From the NCBI GenBank assembly GCA_965222115.1, contig CBDCTJ010000007.1:1504001-1568000 (forward strand): a DNA stretch of 64,000 nucleotides, read 5' to 3'. The notes beneath the pieces are model-generated. The model saw only the letters and a list, made by a program, of their open reading frames with translations. It was not told the DNA's origin and searched no databases. This DNA is from Planctomycetota bacterium. GTDB lineage: Bacteria > Planctomycetota > PLA2 > JAEUHO01. Positions 44,904-54,940 of this stretch are shown here, piece after piece; positions within the stretch are counted from its first letter, which is position 1; each line of letters starts with the position of its first letter. The translations under genes and the position numbers were made by a program.

Positions 44904-47180
44904 ATGTCTCATGAACAGTCTGGAGGTATAGCGCCCCCGCGCACGCGCGGCGTTTTGCTTCTCAATCTCGGCTCGCCCAGCGGATGCGACCCGCGTTCGG
45001 TGCGGCGCTACTTGGCCGAGTTTCTTGCCGATCCCGAAGTGATCAAATTGCCGCGCGGTATGCGGTGGTTTGGGAAACCTCTTGCACGCATGATCGCGCG
45101 CTCTCGCGCCAAGCAATCGGCCCACGCCTATGCATCCGTATGGACCGACGATGGTTCTCCCTTGCTCGTGATTTCTGACGCGCAGGGCAGGGCGCTTGCC
45201 CATGTGTTGGGACGTGCATTCGATGTGCGGGTGGCCATGCGTTACGGTCATCCTTCCATTGATGATGTTGTTGCGTCGTTCGTCGAGGATGACATTCACG
45301 ACGTCACAGCGGTTCCGATGTATCCTCAGTTTGCCGGCGCGACCACAGGCACCGCGTTGGCCGCGCTGTATCGCGCCTTTGAACGTCACGCGCGAGACAC
45401 GGAACTTGTCGTTCGCAATGCGTGGTACGACGATGCGGGCTACATTCAGGCCCAAGTCGCGGTACTTAACGAGGCAATCGCGAAGCACGGCCTCACGCCC
45501 GACAACACCACGCTTGTATTTAGCGCCCACTCTCTGCCCGTGGCCTACATCAAGGCCGGCGATCCGTACCAAAAGCACATCGTGGAAACCGTTCACCTTG
45601 TGTCAAAGGCTCTTGGGTGGCCAGAAGAGCGCATCACGCTCGCCTACCAATCCAAGCTTGGTCCGGTGGAGTGGCTCGCGCCGCAAACCGCTGAAGTCAT
45701 CGAATCACTTGCTAAGAATGGCACGCCCAACGTTTTCGTGTGCCCCATCAGTTTCACGGCGGACTGTTTGGAGTCGCTTGAAGAGCTCGATATCCGTGGG
45801 CGCGACGTAGTCGAGGCGCACGGCAGCAACTTCCATCTTTGTCCCGCGCTCAATGATCACCCTGCGTTCATTGAAGCGCTGGCAGGAATTGTCCGACGAG
45901 GGACGCGGCCTATCGCGTTGGAATCCAAATGTTCGGATGATGCTCCCGCTCAGCTCGATGCCGACTGGATGAGCCGGTTGGTGGTCACGGGCCTATCGCG
46001 CGAGCCTGGCGCACTCGACGCATTGCGTGATGCGGGCGTCCACATTACTAACCATGTTGATGATGCCACGTTTGCCGCGAGCAAGCGCACCCACCAAGAG
46101 GTGCGCGGACTCTGCTCGGCGCTAGGGGAGCGTGGTGTCGAGCAGAGTGTGGTTGTTTCTACGTGCGCGCGTGTGGAAGCCTATTCGCTCGCCCCGGCCG
46201 CGAGGGAAACCGAACAAAGGAGAACGATCACACGCTTACAATCAACATTGCTAACGGACGTCCATGACGCCTCCCACCCTCAAGTGCACGTTGGCCATGA
46301 GGCCTACCGACACGCGGTGTTGACCGCGGCGGGGCTATTGAGCTCTTTGCCCGGCGATAACGACGTCAGGCTTCAGCTTTGCAGTGCGGCGCGCACGGCG
46401 GAAGATGTTGCCCACGGCGCAACAGCTATCGGCATGGTCATGACACGGGCAACGGAAGCCGCCCAAGCCCTGTCGGAGGCAACCACGTGGCGTGATTTCC
46501 GCGTGGGGTTTGCCGATGTCGCCTTGGATGGAATTTCTCGATCGGCTTCCGTGGACTGGACGCAGATGCGATCCGTTGTTGTGTTGGGTGGGTCCACGAC
46601 GGCGCGAAGCACAATTCACACGTTGCGAAGGCGTCATGGCGTGCGTCCTTCTCAGCTAACGGGCATCTACCGCACGCGCAGCCGTGGAAAACAGCTCAAG
46701 GCGCTACGCCAAGCGCTGCGCGGCGCAACACCGTTGCGTGTCGATCGCTACGATGACGCGCGTGTACTCGATGCGCTGGCCCATGCCGACGTAATCGTGT
46801 TCGCGCACGATGCTCGTGAACCGATCTGGTCCGCCGAACAGGCCATGACACGCAGCGCTCAGACCAAAGTGATCATTGATTTCAACTCGTTCCCATCCAC
46901 ACGAGGGTTTGAAGACGACGAATCAACCGCATTGTGGCGACTCTGCGACATTGAGGCCGTTGTGCGTGACTATGCGGCTTCACTTGCGGGTTGTGAGCGA
47001 TTCCGCGTTGCCGTCCGCGAGGCGTTGGCGTGGCTTGAAGAACACATTGGTGCCACGCGCGAGGGTCGATCCATGGACGCCCGCCCGAGAAACGACCGCG
47101 TGACATGTACGCGGAGCGGTTGCGGTTGCAAGCGCGCCTTCGTGCCCGAAGTTCGCACGCGTGTGGAGACGGTGTCGTGA
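44904..47180 (+). CDS. hemH: Ferrochelatase fused to a C-terminal glutamyl-tRNA reductase (HemA)-like domain
   Basis: HemH motifs LLNLGSP, PMYPQF, FSAHSLP, YQSKLGPVEWL, FTADCLESLEE, PALND; HemA-like motifs STCARVE, EAYRH..AAGLLSSLPGDNDVRLQL, Rossmann VVVLGG, IIDF. Confidence 0.88.
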   Translation: MSHEQSGGIAPPRTRGVLLLNLGSPSGCDPRSVRRYLAEFLADPEVIKLPRGMRWFGKPLARMIARSRAKQSAHAYASVWTDDGSPLLVISDAQGRALAHVLGRAFDVRVAMRYGHPSIDDVVASFVEDDIHDVTAVPMYPQFAGATTGTALAALYRAFERHARDTELVVRNAWYDDAGYIQAQVAVLNEAIAKHGLTPDNTTLVFSAHSLPVAYIKAGDPYQKHIVETVHLVSKALGWPEERITLAYQSKLGPVEWLAPQTAEVIESLAKNGTPNVFVCPISFTADCLESLEELDIRGRDVVEAHGSNFHLCPALNDHPAFIEALAGIVRRGTRPIALESKCSDDAPAQLDADWMSRLVVTGLSREPGALDALRDAGVHITNHVDDATFAASKRTHQEVRGLCSALGERGVEQSVVVSTCARVEAYSLAPAARETEQRRTITRLQSTLLTDVHDASHPQVHVGHEAYRHAVLTAAGLLSSLPGDNDVRLQLCSAARTAEDVAHGATAIGMVMTRATEAAQALSEATTWRDFRVGFADVALDGISRSASVDWTQMRSVVVLGGSTTARSTIHTLRRRHGVRPSQLTGIYRTRSRGKQLKALRQALRGATPLRVDRYDDARVLDALAHADVIVFAHDAREPIWSAEQAMTRSAQTKVIIDFNSFPSTRGFEDDESTALWRLCDIEAVVRDYAASLAGCERFRVAVREALAWLEEHIGATREGRSMDARPRNDRVTCTRSGCGCKRAFVPEVRTRVETVS

Positions 47181-48598
47181 GCTCTCTAGAGGTTGCCGTT
47201 GATCGCGAGGTGTTTCAGCGATACGTCGGTCTTTCACTTCCGCGGCACGTCTCCTACCCCATGCCCACATGGTGGTCGGCCTTCGACTCACGTGACGCAA
47301 AGCGTCTGATTGACCGTCGCACGGAACGCACGACGTTCCACGATTTGTCTCTGTATATCCACATTCCTTACTGCCAAGCGCTCTGCAAGTTCTGTGCGTG
47401 CTCGCGCGTGATTCAACGCAAGGAGGGGCGCGGTGCGGCGGAGCGAACGCAGGCTTATGTGGATGCGTTGGTGCGGGAGATTCGATCCGCGGGCCGCAGC
47501 AACAACGCCGCGCAGGTTAGGCAGATTCACTACGGCGGCGGCACGCCAACCTATTTGTCGATCGAACAACTCCGTGCGATCCACGATGCCATCAACGATA
47601 CGTTCGACATCGCCTCCGATGCGGAAGTCGCGATGGAGATCGATCCCCGGGTGACGAGTGACGAGCAGCTGGATTTGCTTGCCGACCGTGGCTTCAATCG
47701 ACTGTCCCTGGGCGTGCAGGACTTTGACCGGACGGTGCAAGAGCATGTCCATCGCGTGCAGCCCTACGAGCAAGTGAAGCAGATCGTGGATGCCTGTCGT
47801 GTGCGTGGGATCGCGTCCATCAATTTCGACCTGATCTATGGACTGCCGTACCAAACGATGGACACCGTGTCCGATACGCTCGCGCGTGTGATTGAACTTT
47901 CGCCCGATCGCGTGGCCTACTATCACTACGCACAGATTCCCGACACAATTGCTACCCAAGTTGCCATCCATCATCACGCCATGCCCGATTCCGACGTGAA
48001 GTTGGACATGTTCACGAAGGGCGTGCGTGTGTTCACGGAAGCCGGGTATCGATTCATTGGACTCGATCACTTTGCGCGAGACCACGAGGGGCTTGCCAAG
48101 GCTGAGGACGACGGCGGGTTGCATCGAAATTTTCAGGGCATGACCACCGGAGCGGCGCTCGATCTGGTGGCTTTCGGTGCCAGCGCAATCAGTGAGTGGC
48201 ACGACCTCGGCTATCTACAAAATGTCCGGGATCCCGTTGCCTACGTGAGCGCGATCAACGCAAACGGAACCGCCGTCCATCGTGGAATGGCGCTTTCGGA
48301 TGACGATCGCATCCGCAAGGCAGTGATTCACCAGATTTATTGCCATGCGCGAATAGTGCCCGCTCACATTGAATCCCAGTTTGACATTTCATTTGGAGCC
48401 TATTTCGAACGTGAACTCGACCAGTTGAATGACTTGGCATCAGACGGCATCGTGATTCCCGAGGCCGATGGCTCGTTCTCCATTCCGTATCCTCTGGGAC
48501 GGGTATTGATGCGCAATGTTGGTGCGATTTTCGACGCCTACTTGCCCGACGAGGCCTATCGCGTCGGATGTCGAAGCACCTACTCGACGAATGCGTGA
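47177..48598 (+). CDS. hemN: Oxygen-independent coproporphyrinogen III oxidase (radical SAM)
   Basis: PRHVSYP, LYIHIPYCQALCKFCAC, GGGTP, NRLSLGVQDF, DLIYGLP, GLDHFA, RNFQG. Confidence 0.95.
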   Translation: MSSLEVAVDREVFQRYVGLSLPRHVSYPMPTWWSAFDSRDAKRLIDRRTERTTFHDLSLYIHIPYCQALCKFCACSRVIQRKEGRGAAERTQAYVDALVREIRSAGRSNNAAQVRQIHYGGGTPTYLSIEQLRAIHDAINDTFDIASDAEVAMEIDPRVTSDEQLDLLADRGFNRLSLGVQDFDRTVQEHVHRVQPYEQVKQIVDACRVRGIASINFDLIYGLPYQTMDTVSDTLARVIELSPDRVAYYHYAQIPDTIATQVAIHHHAMPDSDVKLDMFTKGVRVFTEAGYRFIGLDHFARDHEGLAKAEDDGGLHRNFQGMTTGAALDLVAFGASAISEWHDLGYLQNVRDPVAYVSAINANGTAVHRGMALSDDDRIRKAVIHQIYCHARIVPAHIESQFDISFGAYFERELDQLNDLASDGIVIPEADGSFSIPYPLGRVLMRNVGAIFDAYLPDEAYRVGCRSTYSTNA

Positions 48599-49670
48599 AG
48601 CCATGCATCAACGCCTGCCCACAAACGATCTTGTGTTGCGTGCCGCGCGCGGCGAACCGACGCCGCGCACGCCTGTGTGGTTCATGCGTCAGGCGGGCCG
48701 CTTCGATCCTGCCTATCGCGCGCTCAAGGAACGCGAGCAGCGGCCGCTTGAGGCGATGTTCGCCGACCCCGACATAGCCACCGAGGTCACATTGCTTCCG
48801 CAACGCTATGGCGTAGATGCCCTAATTCTTTTTCAAGACATTCTCACAATCTGCGGGCCGATGGGGGCGCGCTTTGTGTTTCGGCCGGGTCCCGTTCTGG
48901 CGCATCCGATTCGAACCGCCCGTGATGTTCAGGGATTGCGTTCCATGAGCCCCGAAGACGACATGCCATATGTGTCGGCCTCGATTCGGCACGTTCTGAC
49001 TTCCGTGGATGGTGCGTTGCCGCTGCTTGGGTTTGCCGGTGCACCGCTCACCGTCGCCGCCTTCATGGTTGCGGGCGAGAGTCCAGGTGCGGACCTTGCC
49101 GACCTCCGGACGATGATGCGCGAGTCACCCGAGGCACTGCACGACCTTATGCGTCATCTCGCTGCGCACACAAGCCGCTATCTGGACATGAAAGTTCGCG
49201 CGGGCGTTCACGCCGTTCAACTCTTCGAATCCATGGCCGATCGTTTGTCTGTAGACGAATACAACACGTGGGCTCTTCCCTATCAGCAACAAGTGTTTAC
49301 GTCGATGCATGAAGCGGCCACGCGAATCATCTTCGCCAAGGGTTTTAGCGACGTTCGTGCGCTGCTTGCCAGTGGCGCCGAGTGTTTGAGTGTGTCCGGT
49401 GACGTAGACCTGCGCGTGGCTCGCGCGCGACCTGACTGTGAGACTGTGGGCATCCAAGGCAACCTTAGCAACGTCTTGCTTCGCGATGGAACGCCCGACG
49501 AAGTGGAGCGTGCCACGCGTGCGTGCATTGATGCGGGGAGGCACAGGGGCCATATCCTCAATCTCGATCACGGGCTCTTTCCTACCACGCCACCCGAGAA
49601 CGTGTCGCGCGCGATTCAAACAGCAAAAACATATGTTGTCTCTGCGCCGACAGGCCCACGCACAGCATGA
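48591..49670 (+). CDS. hemE: Uroporphyrinogen decarboxylase
   Basis: TPVWFMRQAGR, LFQDIL, GFAGAPLT, QLFES, QGNL, ILNLDHG. Confidence 0.95.
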   Translation: MREAMHQRLPTNDLVLRAARGEPTPRTPVWFMRQAGRFDPAYRALKEREQRPLEAMFADPDIATEVTLLPQRYGVDALILFQDILTICGPMGARFVFRPGPVLAHPIRTARDVQGLRSMSPEDDMPYVSASIRHVLTSVDGALPLLGFAGAPLTVAAFMVAGESPGADLADLRTMMRESPEALHDLMRHLAAHTSRYLDMKVRAGVHAVQLFESMADRLSVDEYNTWALPYQQQVFTSMHEAATRIIFAKGFSDVRALLASGAECLSVSGDVDLRVARARPDCETVGIQGNLSNVLLRDGTPDEVERATRACIDAGRHRGHILNLDHGLFPTTPPENVSRAIQTAKTYVVSAPTGPRTA

Positions 49671-51046
49671 GTGCCATTGAAACGAACGTGGCCATCGTAG
49701 GTGGTGGGATTTCAGGGCTTGTTTGCGCGTGGACGCTGGCGCGCGCGGGCACGTCGGTCGCGCTTCTTGAGGCGAGCAACGAGCTCGGTGGCTGCATGCG
49801 TACGTCCCATGGTGACGGCGTGTTGTTTGAACACGGTCCCTTCAACGTCTTGGCGAGAGCGCCTGCGTTTGTCAACTTACTACAAGCGTGTGAATCGGAC
49901 GTGGGTGTGGTGTCGCTGGCCGAGGCAAGTCGCAAACGCTATCTCGCTAAGCGTGGGGCGCTTCATGCGATTCCCATGTCGCCGTGGGGTTGGCTCAAGT
50001 CGCCGTTGCTATCACCCATGGGGCGGCTGCGCCTCTTGCGAGGTGCGCTTGTTAGTCGACGCGCGCCCAAGAGAGAAGAGACGATCCATGAGGCCGCTAC
50101 GCGACGGTTGGGACGCGATGCCGCGGAGGTACTGGTGTCATCGGCCGTGGCCGGTGTGTTTGGTGGCGACAGCAAGCAGACATCACTTGCTGCCGCGTTT
50201 CCTCACGTAAGCGACGTCGATCGGCAAACGCGGAGTCCATTGATGGCGATGGTGCGGCGCGCCAAACAGCGAAAGCGAAGCGATCAAACCCGCCCCGCAA
50301 TGATTAGCTTCAAGAACGGCTTGCAGTCACTGGCGGACTGGCTCGGCGCAAACCTCAGCGATGGCGTATACCGCGAACACTTGGTCTCCTCGATTGTGCC
50401 TCGCGACAACGGCTGGCACGTTCACGCCAAGCATCACGGTCGCGAAGTGACTGTCGAAGCAAACAAGGTCGTTCTCACCACGCCCGCACGTGCCACGGGG
50501 TTGCTCGTGCGTGAGTTGGCGCCGAACGCCTCCGAAGAGTTGATCTCGCTCCCCACGTCCACCATGGCTGTAGTCAACTTGCTCTACGCGCGAAACGACG
50601 TCGCTCATCCGTTGGATGGCTACGGATTTCTCGTCCCCAACACAGAGAGCCAGCCGAAGTGTTTGGGCGCGCTGTTCGCCGACGCGGCGTTTCCACACCA
50701 CGCGCCGGAACATCAGTGCATTGTGCGTGTGTTCTTGGGCGGTCATCGCGAACCCGACATCTTGGCGCGCACCGACAAGGAACTTCGTGCGCAGGCGCGC
50801 GAAAGTGTTGAACCGCTGCTGGGCATCTCGGCTCAGCCTCGTTTTGCGCCCGTCATGCGCTGGCCTCGCGCCATTCCGCAGTACGCGATTGGTCATGCCG
50901 AGCGCATGGCCACAGTCGAGCGCGACGTGGCTCGTTTACCGGGATTGCATCTCGTGGGCAACTACCTGCGTGGGGTGTCAATCAATGACTGCGTGCGTGA
51001 GGCCGACGCACTGGCGAGGCGCATCCTTGCGGGGGAAGCATCGTGA
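49667..51046 (+). CDS. hemG: FAD-dependent protoporphyrinogen oxidase (HemY type)
   Basis: IVGGGISGL, FEHGP, GVFGGD, SFKNGLQSL, GYGFLVP, RWPRAIPQY.IGH, GNYLRGVSINDC. Confidence 0.92.
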   Translation: MSAIETNVAIVGGGISGLVCAWTLARAGTSVALLEASNELGGCMRTSHGDGVLFEHGPFNVLARAPAFVNLLQACESDVGVVSLAEASRKRYLAKRGALHAIPMSPWGWLKSPLLSPMGRLRLLRGALVSRRAPKREETIHEAATRRLGRDAAEVLVSSAVAGVFGGDSKQTSLAAAFPHVSDVDRQTRSPLMAMVRRAKQRKRSDQTRPAMISFKNGLQSLADWLGANLSDGVYREHLVSSIVPRDNGWHVHAKHHGREVTVEANKVVLTTPARATGLLVRELAPNASEELISLPTSTMAVVNLLYARNDVAHPLDGYGFLVPNTESQPKCLGALFADAAFPHHAPEHQCIVRVFLGGHREPDILARTDKELRAQARESVEPLLGISAQPRFAPVMRWPRAIPQYAIGHAERMATVERDVARLPGLHLVGNYLRGVSINDCVREADALARRILAGEAS

Positions 51047-52077
51047 CAATCAGCGAATCCTTGGGCTCCCCGCGAGGGATACCGGAGCGTCCACGGCGCT
51101 TGCGTCGCACGCCCGTCATCGCCAATCTTGTTCGCGAGATACGTGTACACCCAAGTCAACTTGTGCTGCCCGTATTCGTTGTGGAAGGGCGCGAAATAGT
51201 TGATCCCATCGAGGCCATGCCGGGATGCGCGCGGCGTTCCATCGACGCACTGATGTCGCAATGCAAGGAAGCCTACGCATTAGGCATTCGTTCCTTTGCG
51301 CTGTTTCCCAAGATCGACGACGCATTGAAGAATCCCCAAGGATCGGAAGCGCTCAACGAAGACGGCCTTGTTTGTCGGGCCGTCCGGGCCCTGCACGACG
51401 CGCTCCCAGACGCCTGCGTATTTACCGATGTTGCACTTGACCCCTTCTCGTCCCACGGGCACGATGGACTCGTGGCCGACGATGGTCGCGTACTCAACGA
51501 TGAAACCGTTGACATCTTGGCTCGCATGGCCGTTGTACACGCGAAGGCGGGCGCCGACTTTGTGGCGCCGTCCGACATGATGGACGGACGCGTGGGGGCG
51601 ATTCGACGCGCATTGGATGGCGACGGGTATTACGACGTGGGCATTCTCTCGTATTGCGCCAAGTACGCGTCGGCGTTCTATGGACCGTTTCGCGAAGCGC
51701 TCGATTCCGCACCCGTCGATCTTGCGCACGTACCGAAAGACAAGACGACCTATCAGATGGATCCAGCCAATGCGCGTGAAGCGTTGCGCGAAGCAAGGCT
51801 CGACGAGCAAGAGGGCGCAGACCTATTGATGGTGAAACCTGCACTGCCCTACCTCGATATCGTGCATCGACTGTCCATCGCTTCATCGCTGCCTATTGCG
51901 GCGTACCACGTGAGTGGTGAGTACGCGATGGTGCGTGCCGCCGGGGAGCGCGGCTGGCTCGATGCCGACGCCTGCATGCGCGAGTCGTTGATTGCTATCG
52001 CGCGGGCGGGCGCGCGCGTGATCTTTACTTACGCGGCCGTGGACTACGCGCGCTGGTGGCGTTCCACAATGGCTTGA
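51043..52077 (+). CDS. hemB: Porphobilinogen synthase (Asp-type metal site, Zn-independent form)
   Basis: RPRRLR, DVALDPFSSHGHDG, APSDMMDGRV, KYASAFYGPFR, YQMD, MVKP, YHVSGEYAM. Confidence 0.97.
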   Translation: MTISESLGSPRGIPERPRRLRRTPVIANLVREIRVHPSQLVLPVFVVEGREIVDPIEAMPGCARRSIDALMSQCKEAYALGIRSFALFPKIDDALKNPQGSEALNEDGLVCRAVRALHDALPDACVFTDVALDPFSSHGHDGLVADDGRVLNDETVDILARMAVVHAKAGADFVAPSDMMDGRVGAIRRALDGDGYYDVGILSYCAKYASAFYGPFREALDSAPVDLAHVPKDKTTYQMDPANAREALREARLDEQEGADLLMVKPALPYLDIVHRLSIASSLPIAAYHVSGEYAMVRAAGERGWLDADACMRESLIAIARAGARVIFTYAAVDYARWWRSTMA

Positions 52078-52712
52078 GCGAGCGCCTCAAGCGACGGCGT
52101 GGGCGCCTCCACCCAGAGTTCATGACCCGCGGACTGGACAGCCCGACTTGTTGTGGGGCCAAGGCTGGCAAAGGGTCGTGTTTCGTTCTTCAGCGCGGAG
52201 ACGGCCGATGGACTCGTAACGGCAATCACCGTCGCAGATGATACGCGGTCGAAGTCAAACGCGCGCCGCGTTGTTTCATAGACGATGGGTGCCGAGAACG
52301 ATGAAAACCCGTGCGACGTAGGAACGTCTGCGAGATTCGAGCGCGCATACACGACGCGACCGGTGGGGGACTTCCTTCGTAGCGACGTAAAGAGTGCGTC
52401 AACGCCGGGACCCGGACCCATCAGCGCGCACCGTGCGCCGCGCGCTTCGAGAGCATTCTTTGTAGCTGGACCCACGGCGGCGAGTTTCGGTGTGTGCAAC
52501 ATGTGTTCCGGCAGTGCGTCAACCGCGAATGCACTCGTAAGGACGAGCCAGTCGTTTTCACAAAGCGATTCAAAATCAACGGGAAGCTCGTCCACCACGC
52601 GACGTTCGAGTACGGGTTCCAGGAGAACGTCTACGCCAGCATTGCGTAATGCACGTGAAAGGGGGCCACCCTCGGATTCATCTCGCGTGACCCATACGCG
52701 CAAGCCGTCCAC
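52044..52712 (-). CDS. hemD: Uroporphyrinogen-III synthase
   Basis: VWVTR, LTSAFAV, AVGPATKNAL, VYET, TSPSAV, LGPTT; downstream of hemC. Confidence 0.9.
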   Translation of the reverse strand: MDGLRVWVTRDESEGGPLSRALRNAGVDVLLEPVLERRVVDELPVDFESLCENDWLVLTSAFAVDALPEHMLHTPKLAAVGPATKNALEARGARCALMGPGPGVDALFTSLRRKSPTGRVVYARSNLADVPTSHGFSSFSAPIVYETTRRAFDFDRVSSATVIAVTSPSAVSALKNETRPFASLGPTTSRAVQSAGHELWVEAPTPSLEALAQAIVERHQRA

Positions 52713-52715
52713 TGA

Positions 52716-53612
52716 CTAGTCCTCACTCAGGGTATCGGCGTCGATCAGCATGCGCGCCAACTCGCGACCGACGCGTTCCGGGTCACGGCCAACGTGGGTG
52801 CCCGAGCCCACAAGCGTGCCCTCTGTCGTAAACAACTGTCCGTGCAACGAAATGACGTCACTGGCAATCGACGCCAACGCACCAATGGGCGTTTGGCATC
52901 CCGCTTCCGCCTCATGCATGAATGCGCGTTCCGCGGTGACGGCCTTGCGTACCGTTGCATCGTCCAGATCCGAGACGAGCACATGCGCGGCGCCATCGGC
53001 GCGTGTTTGCACCGCAAGCGCTCCTTGCGCGGGTGCGGGCACGAACTGAAATGCTGGTAGTACCAGTGAACATTCCGGTTCGATGCCGAGGCGGCGTACG
53101 CCGGCCGCGGCTAATACGATGGCGTCTAAGTTGCCTTCGTGAAGTCGTTTGATGCGGGTGGGCACGTTGCCACGAATAGGGACGACCGTATGCGCCGCTT
53201 CCAGCAAGAGCTGTGCGCGGCGACGGGCACTGCCGGTGCCAATCGTCATGGGTGACTTTAAGCCATCGAGCGTGACAGGTCGTTTGGCGATGAGCAGGTC
53301 TTCTACCGCCGCGCGCGAGGGTACTGCTGCGATTGCGAGTCCCTCGGGAGACGTAGTCGGAAGATCCTTCATGCTATGAACGGCGACGTCGATCGTTCCT
53401 TCGAGTAGCGCATGTTCCAATACGCTCACGAATGCGCCGCGTTCCCAGCCCGCTTCGGACGGTACGCTGCCTTGCGAGGCATCGCCCACCGTCTTGACGA
53501 CCACGGTTTCGATTTTGAGCGTCGGATGACTGCGCGCAATGGCGGCCGCAACCCAGGCGGTTTGCGTTCGTGCCAAAGCACTGCCTCGTGTTCCCAGTCG
53601 AAGCGTTGTCAC
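52716..53612 (-). CDS. hemC: Hydroxymethylbilane synthase (porphobilinogen deaminase)
   Basis: GTRGSALARTQ, AVHSMKDLP, GTGSARR, IRGNVPTR, PAPAQGAL, GCQTPIG. Confidence 0.96.
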   Translation of the reverse strand: MTTLRLGTRGSALARTQTAWVAAAIARSHPTLKIETVVVKTVGDASQGSVPSEAGWERGAFVSVLEHALLEGTIDVAVHSMKDLPTTSPEGLAIAAVPSRAAVEDLLIAKRPVTLDGLKSPMTIGTGSARRRAQLLLEAAHTVVPIRGNVPTRIKRLHEGNLDAIVLAAAGVRRLGIEPECSLVLPAFQFVPAPAQGALAVQTRADGAAHVLVSDLDDATVRKAVTAERAFMHEAEAGCQTPIGALASIASDVISLHGQLFTTEGTLVGSGTHVGRDPERVGRELARMLIDADTLSED

Positions 53613-54919
53613 TCGGCTATCTCTTGCAGCGACTCGCGGGCGGCACTCACGATTTGATCGATGTCGGTTTCGGTGTGGGCCGAGGAAACGAAGAATGCCT
53701 CGTAGCTACTTGGCGGAAGCCATACGCCACGCGCCAACATGGCGTGGAAGAATGCTGCGTAGCGCTTGTGATCACACGCGGTGGCATCGACATAGTCGCG
53801 CACCGGTTTCTTGGAGAACGACAGGCCGAGCATGCCGCCAAGCGCATGGGTATGGAGTGGAATCTGTAAGTCTGCGCCGGCATTCGCAATGCCATCGGCG
53901 AGACGTTGCGAAGTGGCGTGCAACTCGTCATAGAAGCGCGGGGCTTGACACAGTTTGAGCGTGGCAAGGCCACTCGCCATGCCAAGTGGATTGCCGCTCA
54001 ACGTTCCCGCTTGATACATAGGCCCGAGCGGGCTCACGAGTTCCATGATCTCGCGCCGTGCGCCATACGCTGCAACGGGCATGCCGCCGCCCATGACTTT
54101 ACCTAAGCACGTAATGTCGGGCTTGATGTTGGCGTGTACTTGGTAGCCGCCCCACGCGACGCGAAAGCCCGTCATCACCTCGTCGAACACAAGCATGGCG
54201 CCGTACTTGGTGCAGAGTTCGCGAAGTCCTTCCAGGTAGCCGACCACGGGCGCCACAAAGCCCATGTTGCCCGCTACGGGCTCAACCATAATGCCCGCGA
54301 TGTCGTCACCCTGTTCACGGAACAGTGCCTCCACCGCTTCGAGATCATTGAACGGCACAAGTAGCGTCCCCGATGCAACCGGCGCCGGAACGCCCGCGGA
54401 GTTTGGCACGCCTGTCGTTGCTGCACCCGATCCCGCCGCCACGAGCAAACCATCGGCATGACCGTGGTAACAACCGATCATCTTGACGATTTTGGTGCGC
54501 GCGGTGGCCGCTCGCGCAAGTCGCATAGCACTCATGGTTGCCTCGGTGCCGCTGTTTACGAACCGGAGCATGTCCATACTAGGCAGTGCATCGAGGATCA
54601 ACTCTGCGAGTTCGGTCTCAAGTGCGCAGCATGCGCCAAAGCTCAGGCCGTTCGCAGCCGCTTCCTGTACGGCATCGACGACTGCGGGATGGGCATGGCC
54701 CACGATGGCGGGTCCCCAACTCCCAACCAGATCGAGGTAGCGATTGCCATCCACATCGATGATCGTGGCGCCGCTTGCGGACTTTACGAAGGCTGGCGTA
54801 CCTCCCACGGAGCCGAAGGCGCGCACGGGACTGTTGACGCCACCAACCAGCACCCGCTGCGCGCGCTCAAACATGATGGTGGATCGGGATCGTGGTGTGG
54901 AACTGTCAGACGCTTGCAT
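53609..54919 (-). CDS. hemL: Glutamate-1-semialdehyde 2,1-aminomutase
   Basis: GGVNSPVRAF, SWGP, NSGTEATM, YHGH, FDEVMTGFR, GKVMGGG, YQAGTLSGNP. Confidence 0.97.
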   Translation of the reverse strand: MQASDSSTPRSRSTIMFERAQRVLVGGVNSPVRAFGSVGGTPAFVKSASGATIIDVDGNRYLDLVGSWGPAIVGHAHPAVVDAVQEAAANGLSFGACCALETELAELILDALPSMDMLRFVNSGTEATMSAMRLARAATARTKIVKMIGCYHGHADGLLVAAGSGAATTGVPNSAGVPAPVASGTLLVPFNDLEAVEALFREQGDDIAGIMVEPVAGNMGFVAPVVGYLEGLRELCTKYGAMLVFDEVMTGFRVAWGGYQVHANIKPDITCLGKVMGGGMPVAAYGARREIMELVSPLGPMYQAGTLSGNPLGMASGLATLKLCQAPRFYDELHATSQRLADGIANAGADLQIPLHTHALGGMLGLSFSKKPVRDYVDATACDHKRYAAFFHAMLARGVWLPPSSYEAFFVSSAHTETDIDQIVSAARESLQEIAE

Positions 54920-54940
54920 GGCAGTAAGGTACCCGCATGC

